Shown in pieces: positions 25,290-38,830 of a stretch of DNA of 64,000 nucleotides; within the stretch, counting starts at the first letter, position 1; every line of letters begins with the position of its first letter. The DNA lies in contig NC_087472.1 in NCBI RefSeq assembly GCF_036321535.1, positions 99,202,001-99,266,000 on the forward strand, in the 5' to 3' direction. The stretch comes from Camelus dromedarius. Its lineage: Eukaryota. The position numbers were made by a program, and so were the translations under genes. Under the pieces are notes generated by a model. It had not been told where the DNA came from and did no database searches. It was given only the letters and a program-made list of their open reading frames with translations.

Positions 25290-25772
25290 TGTGTTTTGGA
25301 GGGCAGGGCCCATGGCAGGCACTGGCAGTGCCCCACCCCCCTCAGCTCCTGGAGCCCCTTTGCCATTTTCATGCACATCAGCCTCAGGCTGCTTTCGCTC
25401 CCAGCAGCCAGCCCTGTGTCTCTCTGTGGGAGGATGGCTCTCAGGCTGCAGGAGCTCACTTTGTGCACAAGCACAGAGATCTGAAGTGTCTGGGAATTTA
25501 CTTCCCCAGAGGCAGCTGTGGGGATGCAGGTGCACCAGCCCTCATGCCCCTGATCAAGCTGACTCTAACATGCACCCTACCCTGCCTCCAAAAGTCCCTG
25601 ATAGGATGCGGCCAAGGTTACTCTCCATGGCACTAACCCATCCTTGCTTATTCTCTTCCCTCTTCCTCTCCTTCTTCTCCATTTCTCTATTAGTTTTTCC
25701 TGGGAACACCTACCAGTAAAGGCACATGAATCTGCATCTCAGGGTCTGCTCTGGGCTACCGAAATTAAGACA
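25290..25772 (+). mobile_element. ERVL LTR (LTR16-like)
   Basis: 3' end ttcctgggaacacct...aatctgcatctcagggtctgctctggg...aattaagaca. Confidence 0.7.
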
Positions 25773-26396
25773 GGGAGGGTAAAGGAGAGAACTCTTCCTT
25801 GAGGGTCCATCTAAGCCAGGTCCTGAAGGAATGGAAGAATTTAGCCTACAAATCGGGGCCTAATTTTAATAGAACTGATTTACCAGCATACGACTTTGCC
25901 ATGCAAAGGAGCTTGCTTTTTACTTTGTAGCCAGCAATGGGGAGGACACTGACTTTTTCACAGTGGAGCGATAAGCCAGACTTGTATTTTTTATCCAACA
26001 ATTTTATAGCCACGTGGAGTTTAGAGAAAGAAAAGGGCTTAAACCAAGGCGGCAGTAGCAGACATGGAGAGTGGGGGATGGAAAGAGTGAGGAGTTTGTC
26101 TGATTGGATGTGAGGATTGATGGACAGGCTGACTGGGCAGATGGCTGAGCCAGCCACCAAGAGAGCTGGAGAATATCGCAAGAAAAGTTCATTTGGGTGA
26201 CAAGTTTATTTCTGGAAACATTGCATTTTAGAATGCTGAGGGATTGGGCAGTAGAGCACAGGCGTGAGGTGCAGACAGATCTGGGAGTCTCCACAGCTCC
26301 AGTCACTTAAGTGAGTCCTGGTCAGGCACTGCTGGCCAAATCCACTCTCTCCTTCCTGGGGTGGTGGTCTCTGTTGCTGACCACCTGCACTCATAC

Positions 26397-26566
26397 CTCT
26401 GCGCCTCAAGTACAAGGACACTGCCTCTGAAGACAGGGCTGCTCTGGCCAGCAGGCCCTGGGTAATTCCACCTCTTCTGAATTTATAGTCCTCTCTTTCA
26501 GGCGTTTAAGCCAAGGGTCTCAAGATGTCATGTAGAATGTTCTTTACTTGGCTCCACCTTTTATCC
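26397..26566 (-). pseudogene. Fossil exon, start of C-sheet (DUF1943-like region)
   Basis: 170 nt with one stop; donor AG|gtatga. Reads QVKNILHDILRPLA*TPEREDYKFRRGGITQGLLARAALSSEAVSLYLRRR vs MTTP [21 protein letters not shown]...[23 protein letters not shown]. Confidence 0.75.
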
Positions 26567-28539
26567 CTAGTTAATGGCCCTCCTTCCCCAAATGTGACCT
26601 TAGGTCATAAAATCGGACATTTATCCTTCAACTCTTCCCTCCCTCAGGTGACTTCTCAGCTTTCCAGAACACCTGGCCCAACAGATAGCAGACAACCTTA
26701 GCTTCCCTTGTCATGAGTGAGGGAGGTGATAATACTAGTGTCTGGAGAATTAATCTCAGGCTCCCAAATACTCATCCTATTTCCTTTCTAGGACCTAGGA
26801 AATCTATGGAAAATGATATTCTTGGAGGCCAACCATGGCCTCTTAGTTTCCTGAGGAAGCTTTGACTTTGACTACACTGCTTCATTTCATAACACAGATT
26901 ATGAACCTTTGCTTGCAAATGTAGATTTCAACCAAATTCCATAGGCATCTGTATGTAATTTTTAAATGAAGTGACATCATAAACATGCTTAATTCCTGTC
27001 AGCTCTATCGCCTCCAGGCCCCTACCTCAACAGAGTTAGAAATGACAAACAAAACACAGACATTTTGAGAGTGAACTTTTAAAGCAAACTTCAGTGCCTG
27101 CCTACCGTAAATATATTTATCAAAGGAACTCTGGAACTTGCCATAAATTTATGCCATATTTAAATATGAAATAGATCAATTTTCCTAGACACAATAAAAA
27201 ATGTGAGCTTGCAAAAGCATGTAGCTGACCAAACAGATAACTTCAGTAATGGCTTCACTGTAAAGTTTGAATTTTATCCTTAATGCTCCATCTCAATGTA
27301 GCACTGACATTTAGTCATCCTAAGAAAAGCATAGAGGGAAAGACACTCTAAGAAATGCTTTGTAATCTAGAAGACTTCCATTTAAAAATCCAAAATCCCT
27401 GCAGTAAGCAAATTTACATGGAGAATTTTTTTCCATTTGAATTTGTGCATTGTTTTTAAATATCTTGGGGAAATGTTTAGGAAAAAAATTCAGCACCTAG
27501 CTAGCCTTCAAAATATAGACACTATTTACTTTCATCTCCATACTTAGCTCAAAAATAACTGGATGATTTTTGCCAACATTTCTCAATACTCTCACATGGG
27601 AGCTAAGATAAATCATGGCAGATTTAATCTCAAAGGGCTCCTTTGGTGTGTAGGAGTGGAGAAGAGATTTATTTCTGAACCATTAGCAACATAAATGGAA
27701 ATTGCTCTTGGGACATAATCATACTTTATATAAATAGGATATGGCTACATGGCAATAAAAAACAGGATGCATTTAGATAAGCATGAAAATTTTGACATAT
27801 TTGGAGTTTTTCCATTTAATTTATATTAATTCCCAAACTTTTTAATATAAGAAGGTGACTTGGATTTGAATGATTCTCAAAAATATGAGTTGAATATTTG
27901 AATTAAGGGGATTTCTTGATCAACTGCAAACTGGTTTTGGTTTTAGCTTAATGTCAATATTAAATAAAGCATAAATTGTTATTTAGTAGTTACACTATAT
28001 ATACCAGCTTAATGAAGGCATAAGCTTTCTCTTATTCAAAAATAAAATGGAAAGTCACAAGCCAATCTAATATCTAAGATGAATCATCTCACACTGGGCA
28101 AATTGCATCCCATTTCTTCACATGTTGAGAATATTTCAAGGAAAGAGGCAGCTATGGCACAGTGAAAAGGCTACTGGCTTCAGAGCAAACTCAGCTTGGC
28201 TTGAGGGCTGGCACAATTCACTTTTGGACTAAATGGACAAATTAGTATTGGTCTTTAATTTTGAGCAAGTTTCTTAAATTCTCTTAAATTTGTTTCTTAT
28301 GTATAAAATCATGAAAATAATGCTGTGAAGATTAATACATTAATATATTTAAAGTCCCAGGAAAGATGCCTAATACATAGTAAATGCTCAATAAATAGTT
28401 GCTACCCTGCTTTAAAAAAAAAAACCAGTGGCTCCCCATTGTACTCACAGTAATTAACATGACTCCAAAGATCTTTCCTGATCTGGTGCCCCTTGATGGC
28501 TTCATCTTGTAACATGTTCCTCTTGTACCCTCCACTGGT

Positions 28540-29485
28540 GGTCTCCAAAGGGGTGTGTGTGGACACCAGGGGAGGTATGGCAGACCCTTTTTGTGCCCTA
28601 GCTATATCCTTCAGCGCACATCAGTCAATTCTAAGTGGCAACATCTACATCTCTTTGTCTGGGAGCTTTCTCCAAAGTTGCAGAAGGTCACTCTGCCTGT
28701 TCATGCAGAAAGCTGGAAATGTTGGAGATTTGACACCTCCTGAGAGCAGCCTTCAAGCAAGGACTGAGAGTTGTTAAATACCCCAGCTTCATCATCCCTC
28801 AGGAAGGAGAAGTCTGAGACATCTTTCAAGGACTGGCAAGAGTCTGCGATTTTATTCTGCCTGCAAGCTAGCAGGTTAGCCTGCCACGGTTTCATGGATG
28901 CTGGCAGAAGACATAAGTCTCCTGGGTCAGAGACAAAGAATTCTATTACTCATGGCACAACAGGCAGCATGAGCTTCATGTTTCCACCAGTTTCTCTTGA
29001 CACCCAAATCCCATGGGGGTGATGTGGAATAGTGCAAGCATCCAAGTGGATGCTATGCACACAGTAGGTCTACATCATAGCTGAAGAACTTCAGGCTTAG
29101 AAACCCCTAGTCTTATACGGGACTACTAGCAAACTTGCCCAACGTTTGTCCCAGAGAAAGACATTATCTTTATTACCCTGGTCAGGAAACAAATCTTCCC
29201 TCTGCCCATGGATGGAAACACTATATATTATAAGGATGTCTGCATAGCAAACATAGAACAGTGCAAAAGCTTTCACAAGATGTGTAGAAACACCACTGAG
29301 AATTGTCTCTCTCCCAGCAGGGTGCCCTGTGTCATCATCCCACTTCCCAATAGGACTGAGCACCACAGTGGTAACTCGCGTGCTAATGTTCCTTTGATTG
29401 CTTCCTTCTCTTCTCTGTCACTTTCTCCACTTTGTACCAGTATTTCCTGAGATCAACCCCCAAATAAATGACTTGCAAATACCCA
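28540..29485. mobile_element. Nested ERVL LTRs (LTR16-like host with a MER74/MER76-like LTR at about 28,820-29,310)
   Basis: gcaagctagcaggttagcctgccacggtttcatggatgctggcagaagac... interrupts an LTR16-like sequence that resumes at 29,310 and ends cccccaaataaatgacttgca. Confidence 0.55.
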
Positions 29486-29579
29486 AACAAAATTGGAATG
29501 CTATTGGGAAGGAAGAAAAGAGAAAATGGATGGTGAAGGAGTTAGAAGCATTTATTTTAGGCACCATGGTTGAGCTAAC

Positions 29580-29742
29580 CTAAGAAAGTAAACAGAGCTG
29601 TCTCTCTTGCATTCATTCAAACTACATAGTTTTAATTGAAACACATCTTGCCGTTTCCTGAGCAACTGATTGAATTATCTCATGGGCGTAGTTAAACTGC
29701 TAAGAAATTCATTGGTCCCAATCATTAGCCAACAAGATGACT
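29580..29742 (-). pseudogene. Fossil exon, end of alpha-helical domain
   Basis: Acceptor cattttcttccttgacag, donor AG|gttagc. Reads FLSSLTTPMR*FNQLLRKRQDVFQLKL vs MTTP [28 protein letters not shown]. Phase 2 matches the 26,566 acceptor. Confidence 0.65.
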
Positions 29743-30139
29743 CTGTCAAGGAAGAAAATGGACTTTGACATATTCTGATATATATGTTCAGAATAGAATT
29801 TGGTGAGCGTATTATCGAGAAAACAAGATTTATTTTCTGATTTTAAAAAGTAGACTGTTCTTTATTTTTAAGCCACAGTGGTAGAATTCACTTTAATTGC
29901 ACACATACAAAATCCAGAAACACCATATTTTTAGTGAACAGCTATAGTTCTCGCCACAAACAAAAATAAGGATGTTTTCAGTTTGCTTCCCCAGATGGCA
30001 TCTAGCCTTCTTGACTTCCAATTTTCATCCCTTTTACATCCTTCAGTTTTAGTCATGATGTGCTAAATGGCAAGGTCTGTTCTAGGAAGAGATGTGTTAC
30101 TGCGTCTATAAAATGGCTCAAGGGCAATGTTCTTCCAGT

Positions 30140-30318
30140 CCATTCTTTCTCAGAGTATGGTCTCTGGACAAGCAGCATGAGCATCACCCGGCATGGAAAT
30201 TCTCAGACCCCACCCCAGACCTCCTAAATCAGCAAGTCTGGAGGTGGGGCTCAGCCTCTCTGTATCAGGTCTTCCTGGTGATTCTGACACACATGCAAAT
30301 ATGACAACCACTGCTCTA
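30140..30318. mobile_element. MER5A MITE
   Basis: ttctcagagtatggtctctggac...ccccaccccagacctcctaaatcag...aaccactgctcta. Confidence 0.8.
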
Positions 30319-30898
30319 GCGTCTCCCTCAAAGCCCCGATTCTAGTCAGGGATTCCTCGTGGCTTCTAAGTCCAGGAAACCAGTTACCAGCAGCCTGATC
30401 ATAAAAATTGGAGGAGCTTCAAAACCAAGGTTTGTGCTGAGGGTGGATTACCTCAGAGACTATATCCTAAAGTCTGTGAACTAGAACATGGATATTGAAT
30501 CATCCAGTTTTTACCTCCTCCCTTTAATGAGCATTTTGAGATGTTTTGGTTTTAGTTTTGGTGTTTGGGACCTTTTTCATATGTTTTAGAAAGGTGACAT
30601 TATCCTCATTTTATAAAGTGACATTCACATCTTCAAAAAGGTCTTTACTGATTAACCCCATCTTCCTTTGATGTGGCATTTCACTCTGTGACTTGGTGTC
30701 CTGTTAACATTTGCATATTCACTTTGCGTGGCATTAATTTGCATTCAAGCCATGTGCTTTGAAATTGTTCCTGAGTAGGTTACATCCATCTGTCAGACTG
30801 GAGCTCATGGGCACAGACCAGGATTTTATCTCATCTCCTCGGAATCTATTTGGCTTCCATGCCTATGTAGGTCAAACGCTATGCCAACCAGTGATAAT

Positions 30899-30900
<2 letters not shown>

Positions 30901-30949
<49 letters not shown>

Positions 30950-31033
30950 TCGGCACAACAAGTCTGAAAGGAAGAAAGGAAGAAAGGAAGAAAGGAAGAA
31001 AGGAAGAAAGGAAGAAAGGAAGAAAGGAAGAAA

Positions 31034-31093
<60 letters not shown>
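30901..31093. repeat. Compound microsatellite: (GT)n then (GAAAGGAA)n grading into (GAAA)n
   Basis: Direct observation. Confidence 0.97.
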
Positions 31094-31094
<1 letters not shown>

Positions 31095-31306
31095 GAGAAT
31101 GAAGATAAACTATTCAAACTGTCCTTATGCCGTGCATTTAGGATCAGGTTTTCCCAAATTCCCCACCATCTTCACCATGCCTGGCCCTCATCATCAATCA
31201 TGAATGAACTGCACATAAGAACTTAACAAGGTGGATTTTCTTCCAGCTGACTAGCCTCTTTGGTGGCCACATGTCAAGATCTGGGTCCCTGCTGCAGAGG
31301 TGAGGC

Positions 31307-31418
31307 TAGGGCAACCAACAGTCCCAGTTTGCCCAGGACTGAGGCATTTCCCAGGATGTAGGACTTTCAGTGATAAAACCAGAACAGTTCTGGGTAAACC
31401 AGAATGGTTGGTCACCTT
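31307..31418 (+). mobile_element. MER81-like hAT-Blackjack MITE
   Basis: tagggcaaccaacagtcccagtttgcccaggactgagg...ggttggtcacct with terminal inverted repeats; a second copy lies at about 34,313-34,405. Confidence 0.75.
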
Positions 31419-31754
31419 CGCTGAGGCATCTAATTCAGAGACCAATTTTTAAAAGTTAGTAGGCTCAGCTTTCACATCAGACCCTGCCTGCTGCTCAGGC
31501 CAACTGGCCAACAATGATCAGACCTTCCCAAATCCCGCAGGGCTGACACTCCCCAGGGTAATCTTGGGCAAAACTGTACAATGTGCAAAATGTTCAGTTC
31601 CCCCACCTTCCCTATTTTACAGCTTTCTTCACACCCCTGCCCTTTGTGTGGCCCCAATTTTCTGGGTCTTCCCCCTCTTGCCTCTCCTTCCAGCCTCAAC
31701 CAAATCTCGCCCTCGGGCGATTTCATCTACATGAAATTACCAAGGCTAATTAAC

Positions 31755-32300
31755 AGCAGTCATTCTCAAACCTCAACACATTAAAAACCTTCAGTCGGCT
31801 GCTGAAAAGCACTAGTGCCTAAACTGCACCAGGTGAGATTTAGATTTCATTGATCTCAGGCAGATCCAGGCATTGGTATTTTTAAAAATCTCCCTTGATG
31901 GTTCTAATCCGCAGCTACGGTGGAGAAGCCCTGGTATGAGGCGCTTGTTCTCAAATGTGGCTGCACATTGTAATTACCTGGGAAGCTTTAAAAAAACTAC
32001 CTCTTTCTGGGTCCCACCCCCAGGGAGCCTCATTTGATCGGTCAGGGGCCCAGGCTGGACTTCTGGATCAGTAGATACTCCTCAGGAGAGCCTGATGGGC
32101 AACCACTTTTGAGAACCACTGATCTGGCCTTGCCGCTCCAAGTGTGGTCCACCCACCAGCAACTTTGGCCTCACCCGGAAGCTTGTTAGAATATAAGCTC
32201 CTAGACCCTATGCTAGACTTACTGAAACCAAGTCTGCAGCTTAACAAGGTCCCCCAGGCGATTCATATATGCATGTTAAAGTTGGAGAAGCTGTGGTTTA
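31755..32300. mobile_element. Cluster of three MER5-type MITEs
   Basis: Repeated ttctcaaa... / ...gagaaccactg termini. Confidence 0.7.
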
Positions 32301-33639
32301 GAGTATTATCCTCCACTCCAGAGCATTTAACAAGAACTAGAGCCTTGACCAAAAGAAGAGCATTCTCTTGCAAGAATTTTAGGCATCAGACAGAAGGAAG
32401 GAAAGCATTTTGGTAAAAGGGGGGTTTCCCCAGTCCTCTGAGTCATGTCCCCAGAAGCAGTCACCTACTCCTCCTACACATAAGAACATTCTGGTGTTAT
32501 TAAATGTCAGCTGCAGATATACATCTGGCTATGAATCAGACAAGGGGAAAATAGATACTGTGGAGGGTTGTAGCTGGTGTGTGTGCTTCCTGGAAATGGC
32601 TGGCAGAGTTCAGGAACTGGAACTGGCATCATAGTTATCCAGAGCACTGTTATTTTTAAAGAAGAAAGATTTGAGCAAAATGGGCCCTGTCCCACATGGA
32701 AAGCGAAGAGTATAAGTTGGGGTGGGGTGGGAGGAGTGACACAAAGGAATAGCATTACAGAGATTGAAACTGACCCAAGTTAGAAGTTGTATGTATGTCA
32801 GGGGCCAGGTTAGCAAATGCTTCCATGTCTAACATTGAATTCTACAAAAGATGCTAAATTGAGAGCTTAAGCAGAAAATGGTAATAACCTTCACTTACTT
32901 TAATAATGATTAAACACTATTTAGTTTAATTCCTTTGTCTTATTCTGAGCAGTCAGGGTTAAAGGGTCCTGGAATGTCTGAGCTGCACCTCCATCATACT
33001 GCAGTCCTATTTGCTCCCTCTCTATTTAGATTTATTCAGAACTACACCCCACTTCCCAAATAGACTGGTGAGGGGTGAAAATGAAAAACACTATTCTGGC
33101 TTTACTCTAAAAGACCCCACAAAGGAGCAAATGGTAGCCAAAGTTCTCTGTGGAACCAGAAACAGGGAAAGAGATGACTACAGAAGTGAAAATGCCACCC
33201 AGTTTGGTCTTTGGGAGCGGCTTCCTTCTGGATCAAGTGCACAAGCTCTCATACCCTAGATACCAATCACAGGATAGTTAACACAGTTCATTCCAGGATC
33301 TTTAGTATCTCAGTGGTGTCCAAGAGAAAGAGGCTGACCTGAGACAATTAGTCAAAGAGGAGGCTGGCATGCTGAATCCCAGGAGTGTAATTCCACGTGG
33401 ATTCACAACGAGCAAAAAGCAGAAACAACTTCAAGCACACAAGGGGCGATGGACACCACATTGGAGCTACCAGTGATAAGTTGAAGGCAAAATGCTTTAA
33501 AAATCCAGTTTAGAGGCCACAAAGGAGGGAGTTTGAATTCATCAGTTTAAATATGACTAAGAAAGCAATACTTCTGACTAGACCCATCACCTAGGCACTC
33601 AGCGATTACTATGAATTCGGATGATTTTTATAGCAACAC

Positions 33640-33968
33640 AATAATGCAATCATTTTCTATTAGCATGAGCATCTCTAGGGTGCTTGTTAGCAATGAAGAC
33701 GCAGGACCCAACCCCAGACCTGCTGAACCAAAAATCTGCATTTTACCAAAATCTCCAGGTAATTCATATGCTCGTGGATGTTTAAGAAACACTGATTACC
33801 AGTCCTGGATGTGCATTTGAATTACCTGGGGAGGTTCTCAAACTTGCAGCTATCCAGGCCCCACCCCAAACTAATAAAAGCAGTCTTCTGGAGTGGGACT
33901 TAGGCACCCTTGTGTTTTAAAAGCTCCCCAGGCATCTCTGATGGGCAGCCACTTCTGAAAGCTGCTGT
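33640..33968. mobile_element. Two MER5-type MITEs
   Basis: ccccagacctgctgaaccaaaaatctgcatttt and aattacctggggagg...aagctccccagg. Confidence 0.7.
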
Positions 33969-34718
33969 CAGCATATGTGAAATAAGGAGCAGGGCTGTTT
34001 TTCAGGGTATCATTCTCTCCCTCTCCCCTACCATAAGATAATAGCATCATAAGTATGTTAATTAAACTCACAATTAAAATTTAAAGTGTTTTGCCGTAGG
34101 CAGCCACATAGGTACAACTCGGACCTGTGTCCCTGTGCATTATCTCCTCATGCCTCCTCAACAGTTAGAGCCTATTGGCTCTACCCTGAATGCTCTGTGT
34201 GATCTTGGATAAGCTGCCCTCTCTGAGCCTTGGTTTGGTTTTCTCTCAAATAAATACAATCTTATATACCCTTTTTGCCTCTCCAGGTGATTGATTACAT
34301 GGTAAATGGAAGTAGGATGACCAAATGGCCTGGTTTTAGCACTCAGAGTCTCTTATCCCAGAACACCTCTCAGTCATGCATAAAACAGGGGCATTGGTCA
34401 CCATAGGAGAAACTGTTGTGAGTCATTAAGACATACCTAGAGGGCTTTGCTAATGGAAGATTGTACCTAGCTCCCAAGACAGGCCTTGCTAAGGAAAGCT
34501 TAAAATTACCAGGCTGATCTGAGATGCAGAGAGTGCAAATGAGGAACCTACTGATTTTTCCTGCACCAAGAGAGCCCCTAGGAAAGAGGAAACTGTGTTT
34601 GGGAGTCTTGTCTGATAAGCCATATCAATTGTGACAGACTCAAATCCAGCCTAGAAGGCAAAGACTGGTTTTAAAAGGATATCAGATCCTGGCAGGAAAG
34701 AATGTTAGTGATAAAAGC

Positions 34719-34850
34719 GGGGAAGATACAGCTCAAGTGGTAGAGCACATGCTTAGCATGCGTGAAGTCCTGGGTTCAATCCCCAGTACCTCCTCTAAGA
34801 ATAAATAAATAAATAAACCAAATTACCTCCCCCCACTAAAAAAAAAAAAA
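34719..34850 (+). mobile_element. Camelid Vic-1-type tRNA-derived SINE
   Basis: ggggaagatacagctcaagtggtagagcacatgcttagcatg...gggttcaatccccagtacc with A/B boxes, (AAAT)n, C-rich tail and poly(A). TSD aaagaatgttagtgata at 34,697-34,713 and 34,849-34,865. Confidence 0.9.
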
Positions 34851-35284
34851 AGAATGTTAGTGATATAAAACATCACTTGCAGCATGAAGCACCATTAGTA
34901 GGAAATTGTAAACCATTAAAAAAAAAAAAAGAACTATAGAAAGTATCCAGTCTTGCAGAAAAAGAAGTCATAAGCTTCACATTTGTTTCAGACATGCCTC
35001 CAAGGATCACGATCTGAAAAGCATAGCTTACTCCCTAAGCTCTCAAGGGTGGTGGTAGTGATGGTGTACATGTGTACAAGAGGCAGTAAATCTTTGCAAC
35101 TCCAAAGAAAAATGTATCTTTAGGTGAATCACTATTACAAAGAACCACCTTGTGGATTTCCACTAAGACTTATTAAAGAAATCTCTCCAAGCCAGCTCTA
35201 CAAAGAACTCTCATGACCCAGCGGCACTGCTAGGAGCATGGTTTTTCATTGAATCCGAGACCAAACCAGGCCTTGATTTAGAAA

Positions 35285-35855
35285 GCAAAAATCCTGGCCT
35301 TGCTTGGACTGTTGCAGTAGCCTCTCAACTCATCTCCTGCATCCACTCCTGCCTCCCTTGTATCTATTCTCTGATCGTTAGGTCAAGTGACACATCACCA
35401 CTCTCTTAATAAAAACTCTTCAGTGGCCACAAATTGCCCTCAAGGCAAAGACCAAAACTCTTAACAAGGCCCACAGGGCTCTGTATGAACTATCCTCTAC
35501 CTTCCTGCCCAGCCTCATCTCTTACCTTACTGTCCCACATACCTGTCATGGCCAGTCACAGTCATCAGTCAGCTCCATCTTCAGTTGCTCAGGAAAGCTC
35601 TCCCCGCCCAACCCCCCCAACCCCACCAAGGCTGGATCTCTCATATGTATTATTCTAACACTGTTTCTTCCCTTCCAGGAACTTCACTGTTCCTAATTAT
35701 ACATCTGTATGTGACTATTTGATTAATTTTTCTCTTCCCAGGGACTACAGGCTACAGTAACACAGAACTGGTGTTTCCTCTCCCCTTTGTCTTCCATATT
35801 TGTATCAGAATATTGGCACATAGTAGGAACTCCAGAAACATTTGTGAAAGGAAGG
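35285..35855 (+). mobile_element. L2 3' fragment
   Basis: ttgcagtagcctctcaactcatctcc...tggcacatagtaggaactcc end. Confidence 0.7.
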
Positions 35856-35970
35856 AAGGAAGACAAGAAAGGAGAGAAGGAGGGACAGAGGGAGAAAGTT
35901 AGAGGAATTAATATTTTGATCTTTTGTAGGGGAAAATGTGCTTTAATGGAAAACTAGGCATTGTCTAGAG

Positions 35971-36300
35971 CAGGGATGAGCACACATTTCCTGTAAGAGT
36001 CAAATAGTAAATATCTTCAGCTTTGCGGGCCACAGAGTCTCTGTGGCAGTTACTCAGCTCTGCCTTTGTGGTGTGAAAGCAGCCACAGGAAATACAGAAA
36101 TGAACGGGCCATATTCTAATAAAACTTTGTGAAGATGCTGAAGTTTGAATTTCTTATAATTTTCACATATCACAAAGTATTATTATTCTTTTGATTTTTT
36201 CCAGCCATTTAAAAATGTAACAACTATTGTTAGCTCAAAGCCATACAAAACCAGACTGAAGCTGGATTTGATTCTGGAACCAAAGTGCCCGCCGCTGGTG
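35971..36300 (+). mobile_element. MER58B-like hAT-Charlie element
   Basis: ctgtaagagtcaaatagtaaatatcttcagctttgcgggccac...tactcagctctgcc. Confidence 0.8.
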
Positions 36301-37859
36301 TGCAGCACGCTCTTCCGGGTTGTCTGGTTCTGACTGGGTGGAGCTATTCTGCAACTCCCCAGGTTCTGGATGACTGACAGAAATGCAAACTAATTCTTGT
36401 CTATAGACATCTGTAGGCCTGCCAGTGATTTTGTCAGGTGGAGGGACAAGCCCTGCCACCAAAAAAAAAAAAAAAAAAAAAAAGCCAGCTTTGCAACCTT
36501 TTGCATTTCAATGTTTCTTGACTCCATATAAATTTGTAACTCTATAACTTCTCCCTTGACTCCTTTATTATAATATCTGTCTGCTCTCTCATTTATGAGT
36601 TAGTCACTAACACATTTTCATTTTATATATGTACGAGAGTAATGTTTTCACCTTAAGGAAAATGTCTTTTACCCACTGTCCTCCCCTGACACAGTAAGAC
36701 CTGTGATGGAACCTATAGTAAATTCTGTGGACTCCTTCTAAATATACCCCCATTCTGAGATAAAAGCTCACAGCCTCTCTTTATTAATTCCTTAGTGTGC
36801 CTCATTTATTTATACACCCTCATGTCAGAAGGTAAGGAATCTGCAGGTAATATATACACAAAGAAAATAAAGATAAGAAAGATGGGTTGAATCCAAGAAT
36901 GAGGTTAGTACACAAAATACTATGGTCAGAGGTGGGCCATAAATTACACTCTCAATTATCTAGAAATAGACACAGGGAAGGAACACAGTCAGTTAAGCCT
37001 GATACTCAGTGTCCCTGAGACAAAAATAGACTAGGAGGCTCAGAGAAAAGAAGAGTTATTCTGGGTGGGAATTTTCTCCCTTGGGTTCTCACAAAGAAAC
37101 AGCCTCCACCAGCCACCACCAGTTATTATTAGTTGAGCTCTTATTAGGCCCAGGCCCAATTTTAAGCACTTTGCAGGCCTATGGTTCATGCCATTCTTTC
37201 AGGGATTTCTTAGCCAAAAATTAGACCCTAAATTAATGAATTATTTCTTTGTTTAAGACTGTGGAAAAAAGATTCAGAAGGCCAAAAGAAGTATATAAAA
37301 GGGTTTTCCAATCAAGTCCATTTTATTTTCTGGTCAAAAGGGTAGTAAGGGAAAATCAGGTATTAACCACATTGGAGACTCAACCATCCGGTCTTTCCCT
37401 CAAACAAACTGTTCGAAAAGTATGAACCCTGAAGAAATATGCTGCCTTAGAGGAAGTGACAAAGACAGGCTCGTCCCTGGGCAATCTCCCAGGGGAGCCA
37501 CTGGAATTATGGGGTTCATATCCATCAACAGCCTTACACTTTCTGCTTGGTCACAACTACACACAATAATCTAATCTGCCTTTGTTGTAATTTGTACACA
37601 TTTTCTTGCAAATAAAAAACCTAAACCTCTCAATCCAGGAGCCTCCTGGAGCAATTAAGATTATATTTCACCAAATTAAAAAAAAATTACCATTTGCCTA
37701 ACGATCAAAATCTCCCCCACTTTCAGCCCTTGTCCCTCAACATACAATGTAGGACCTTTTCCAAGTCACAGGAGTCTTCTATAGCTTTTGCTTGCTTCTC
37801 TCAACAAATTTTTAAATTGTTTTAAATAGGTAATACAGTCATATGGTTTGAAAAGCAAC

Positions 37860-38830
37860 CCATGGGAGGGCATACACACATCAAGGGTCAGCACGAAGGA
37901 GTTCCTTGCTCTTTATTCTGTATCTTGATTGTGTATCAAGACATATTCTATGAATATTCATACATAAGTATTTGCATGGACAAGGTAACTTTGGAGTAAA
38001 ATGGTTGGTATATGTTTCACAATTTAAGAAACGGCCAAACTGTTTTCCAAAGCCGTTCCACCATTTCACATTCCCAGCAGCAATGTAAGAGAGTTCTGGT
38101 ACCACTGATACTTGGTATGGTCAGTCCTTTTAATTTTAGCTACTCTCCTGTGGGTACGGCAATGTCTCGTCGTAGTTTTCATTTGCATTTCCCTAAAGAC
38201 TAATGCCTTGGAACATCTTTACATGTGCTTGTTTACCATTCATATATCTTCTTGGTGAAGTAAGTATCTGTTCAAACTTTTTTGCCCATTTTTGTTGACT
38301 TGTCCTATTTTTGAGATTTAGAGTTCTTTCTATGTTCTGGATTCAAGTCCCTTATCAAATATATGATTTGCAACTATTTTTTCCATCTGTGGCTTGTCTT
38401 TTCATTCTAACAGTGCCTTTCAAAGAGCAGAAGTTTTTAATTCTGATTAAGTCTAAAATTTATTATAAAGACACAGTAATCATGACAGGTGGTATTGGTA
38501 TCAACATAAACAAATAGATTAATAGAACAAAACAGAGTCCATAAATAGACCCACATACATATGGACAACTGATTTTGGCAAAGGTGCAAAGGGTATTCTT
38601 CTCCTGGAACAGTTGTAAATCCATATGCAAAAGCAATGAACTTCAGTTGATAATATGCTCCATATACAAAAATTAATTCAAAATAGATCATAGACCTAAA
38701 TATAAAACCTAAAACTCTAAAATATCTAAAAGAAAACACAGAAGAAAATCTATATGACCTTGGGTTAGGCAGATTTTTTAGATACAACACCAAAATGCAA
38801 GCCACAAAAGAAAAAAAAGATAAATTAATT
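37860..38830 (-). mobile_element. L1 insertion with inverted 5' segment
   Basis: Antisense L1 ORF2/3' sequence at 37,860-38,455 abuts sense-oriented upstream ORF2 sequence at 38,456-38,830. Confidence 0.75.

Noticed and set aside
25076..25719. Cluster of overlapping 118-150-aa ORFs
   Set aside because: They lie in a GC-richer ERVL LTR and show no protein-family similarity.
30759..31226. 155-aa Lys/Glu/Arg-rich ORF
   Set aside because: Artefact of stop-free microsatellites.
34719..34795. Functional tRNA-Ala gene (also at 57,333)
   Set aside because: Poly(A) tails, TSDs and a SINE-type tail indicate retroposed SINEs.
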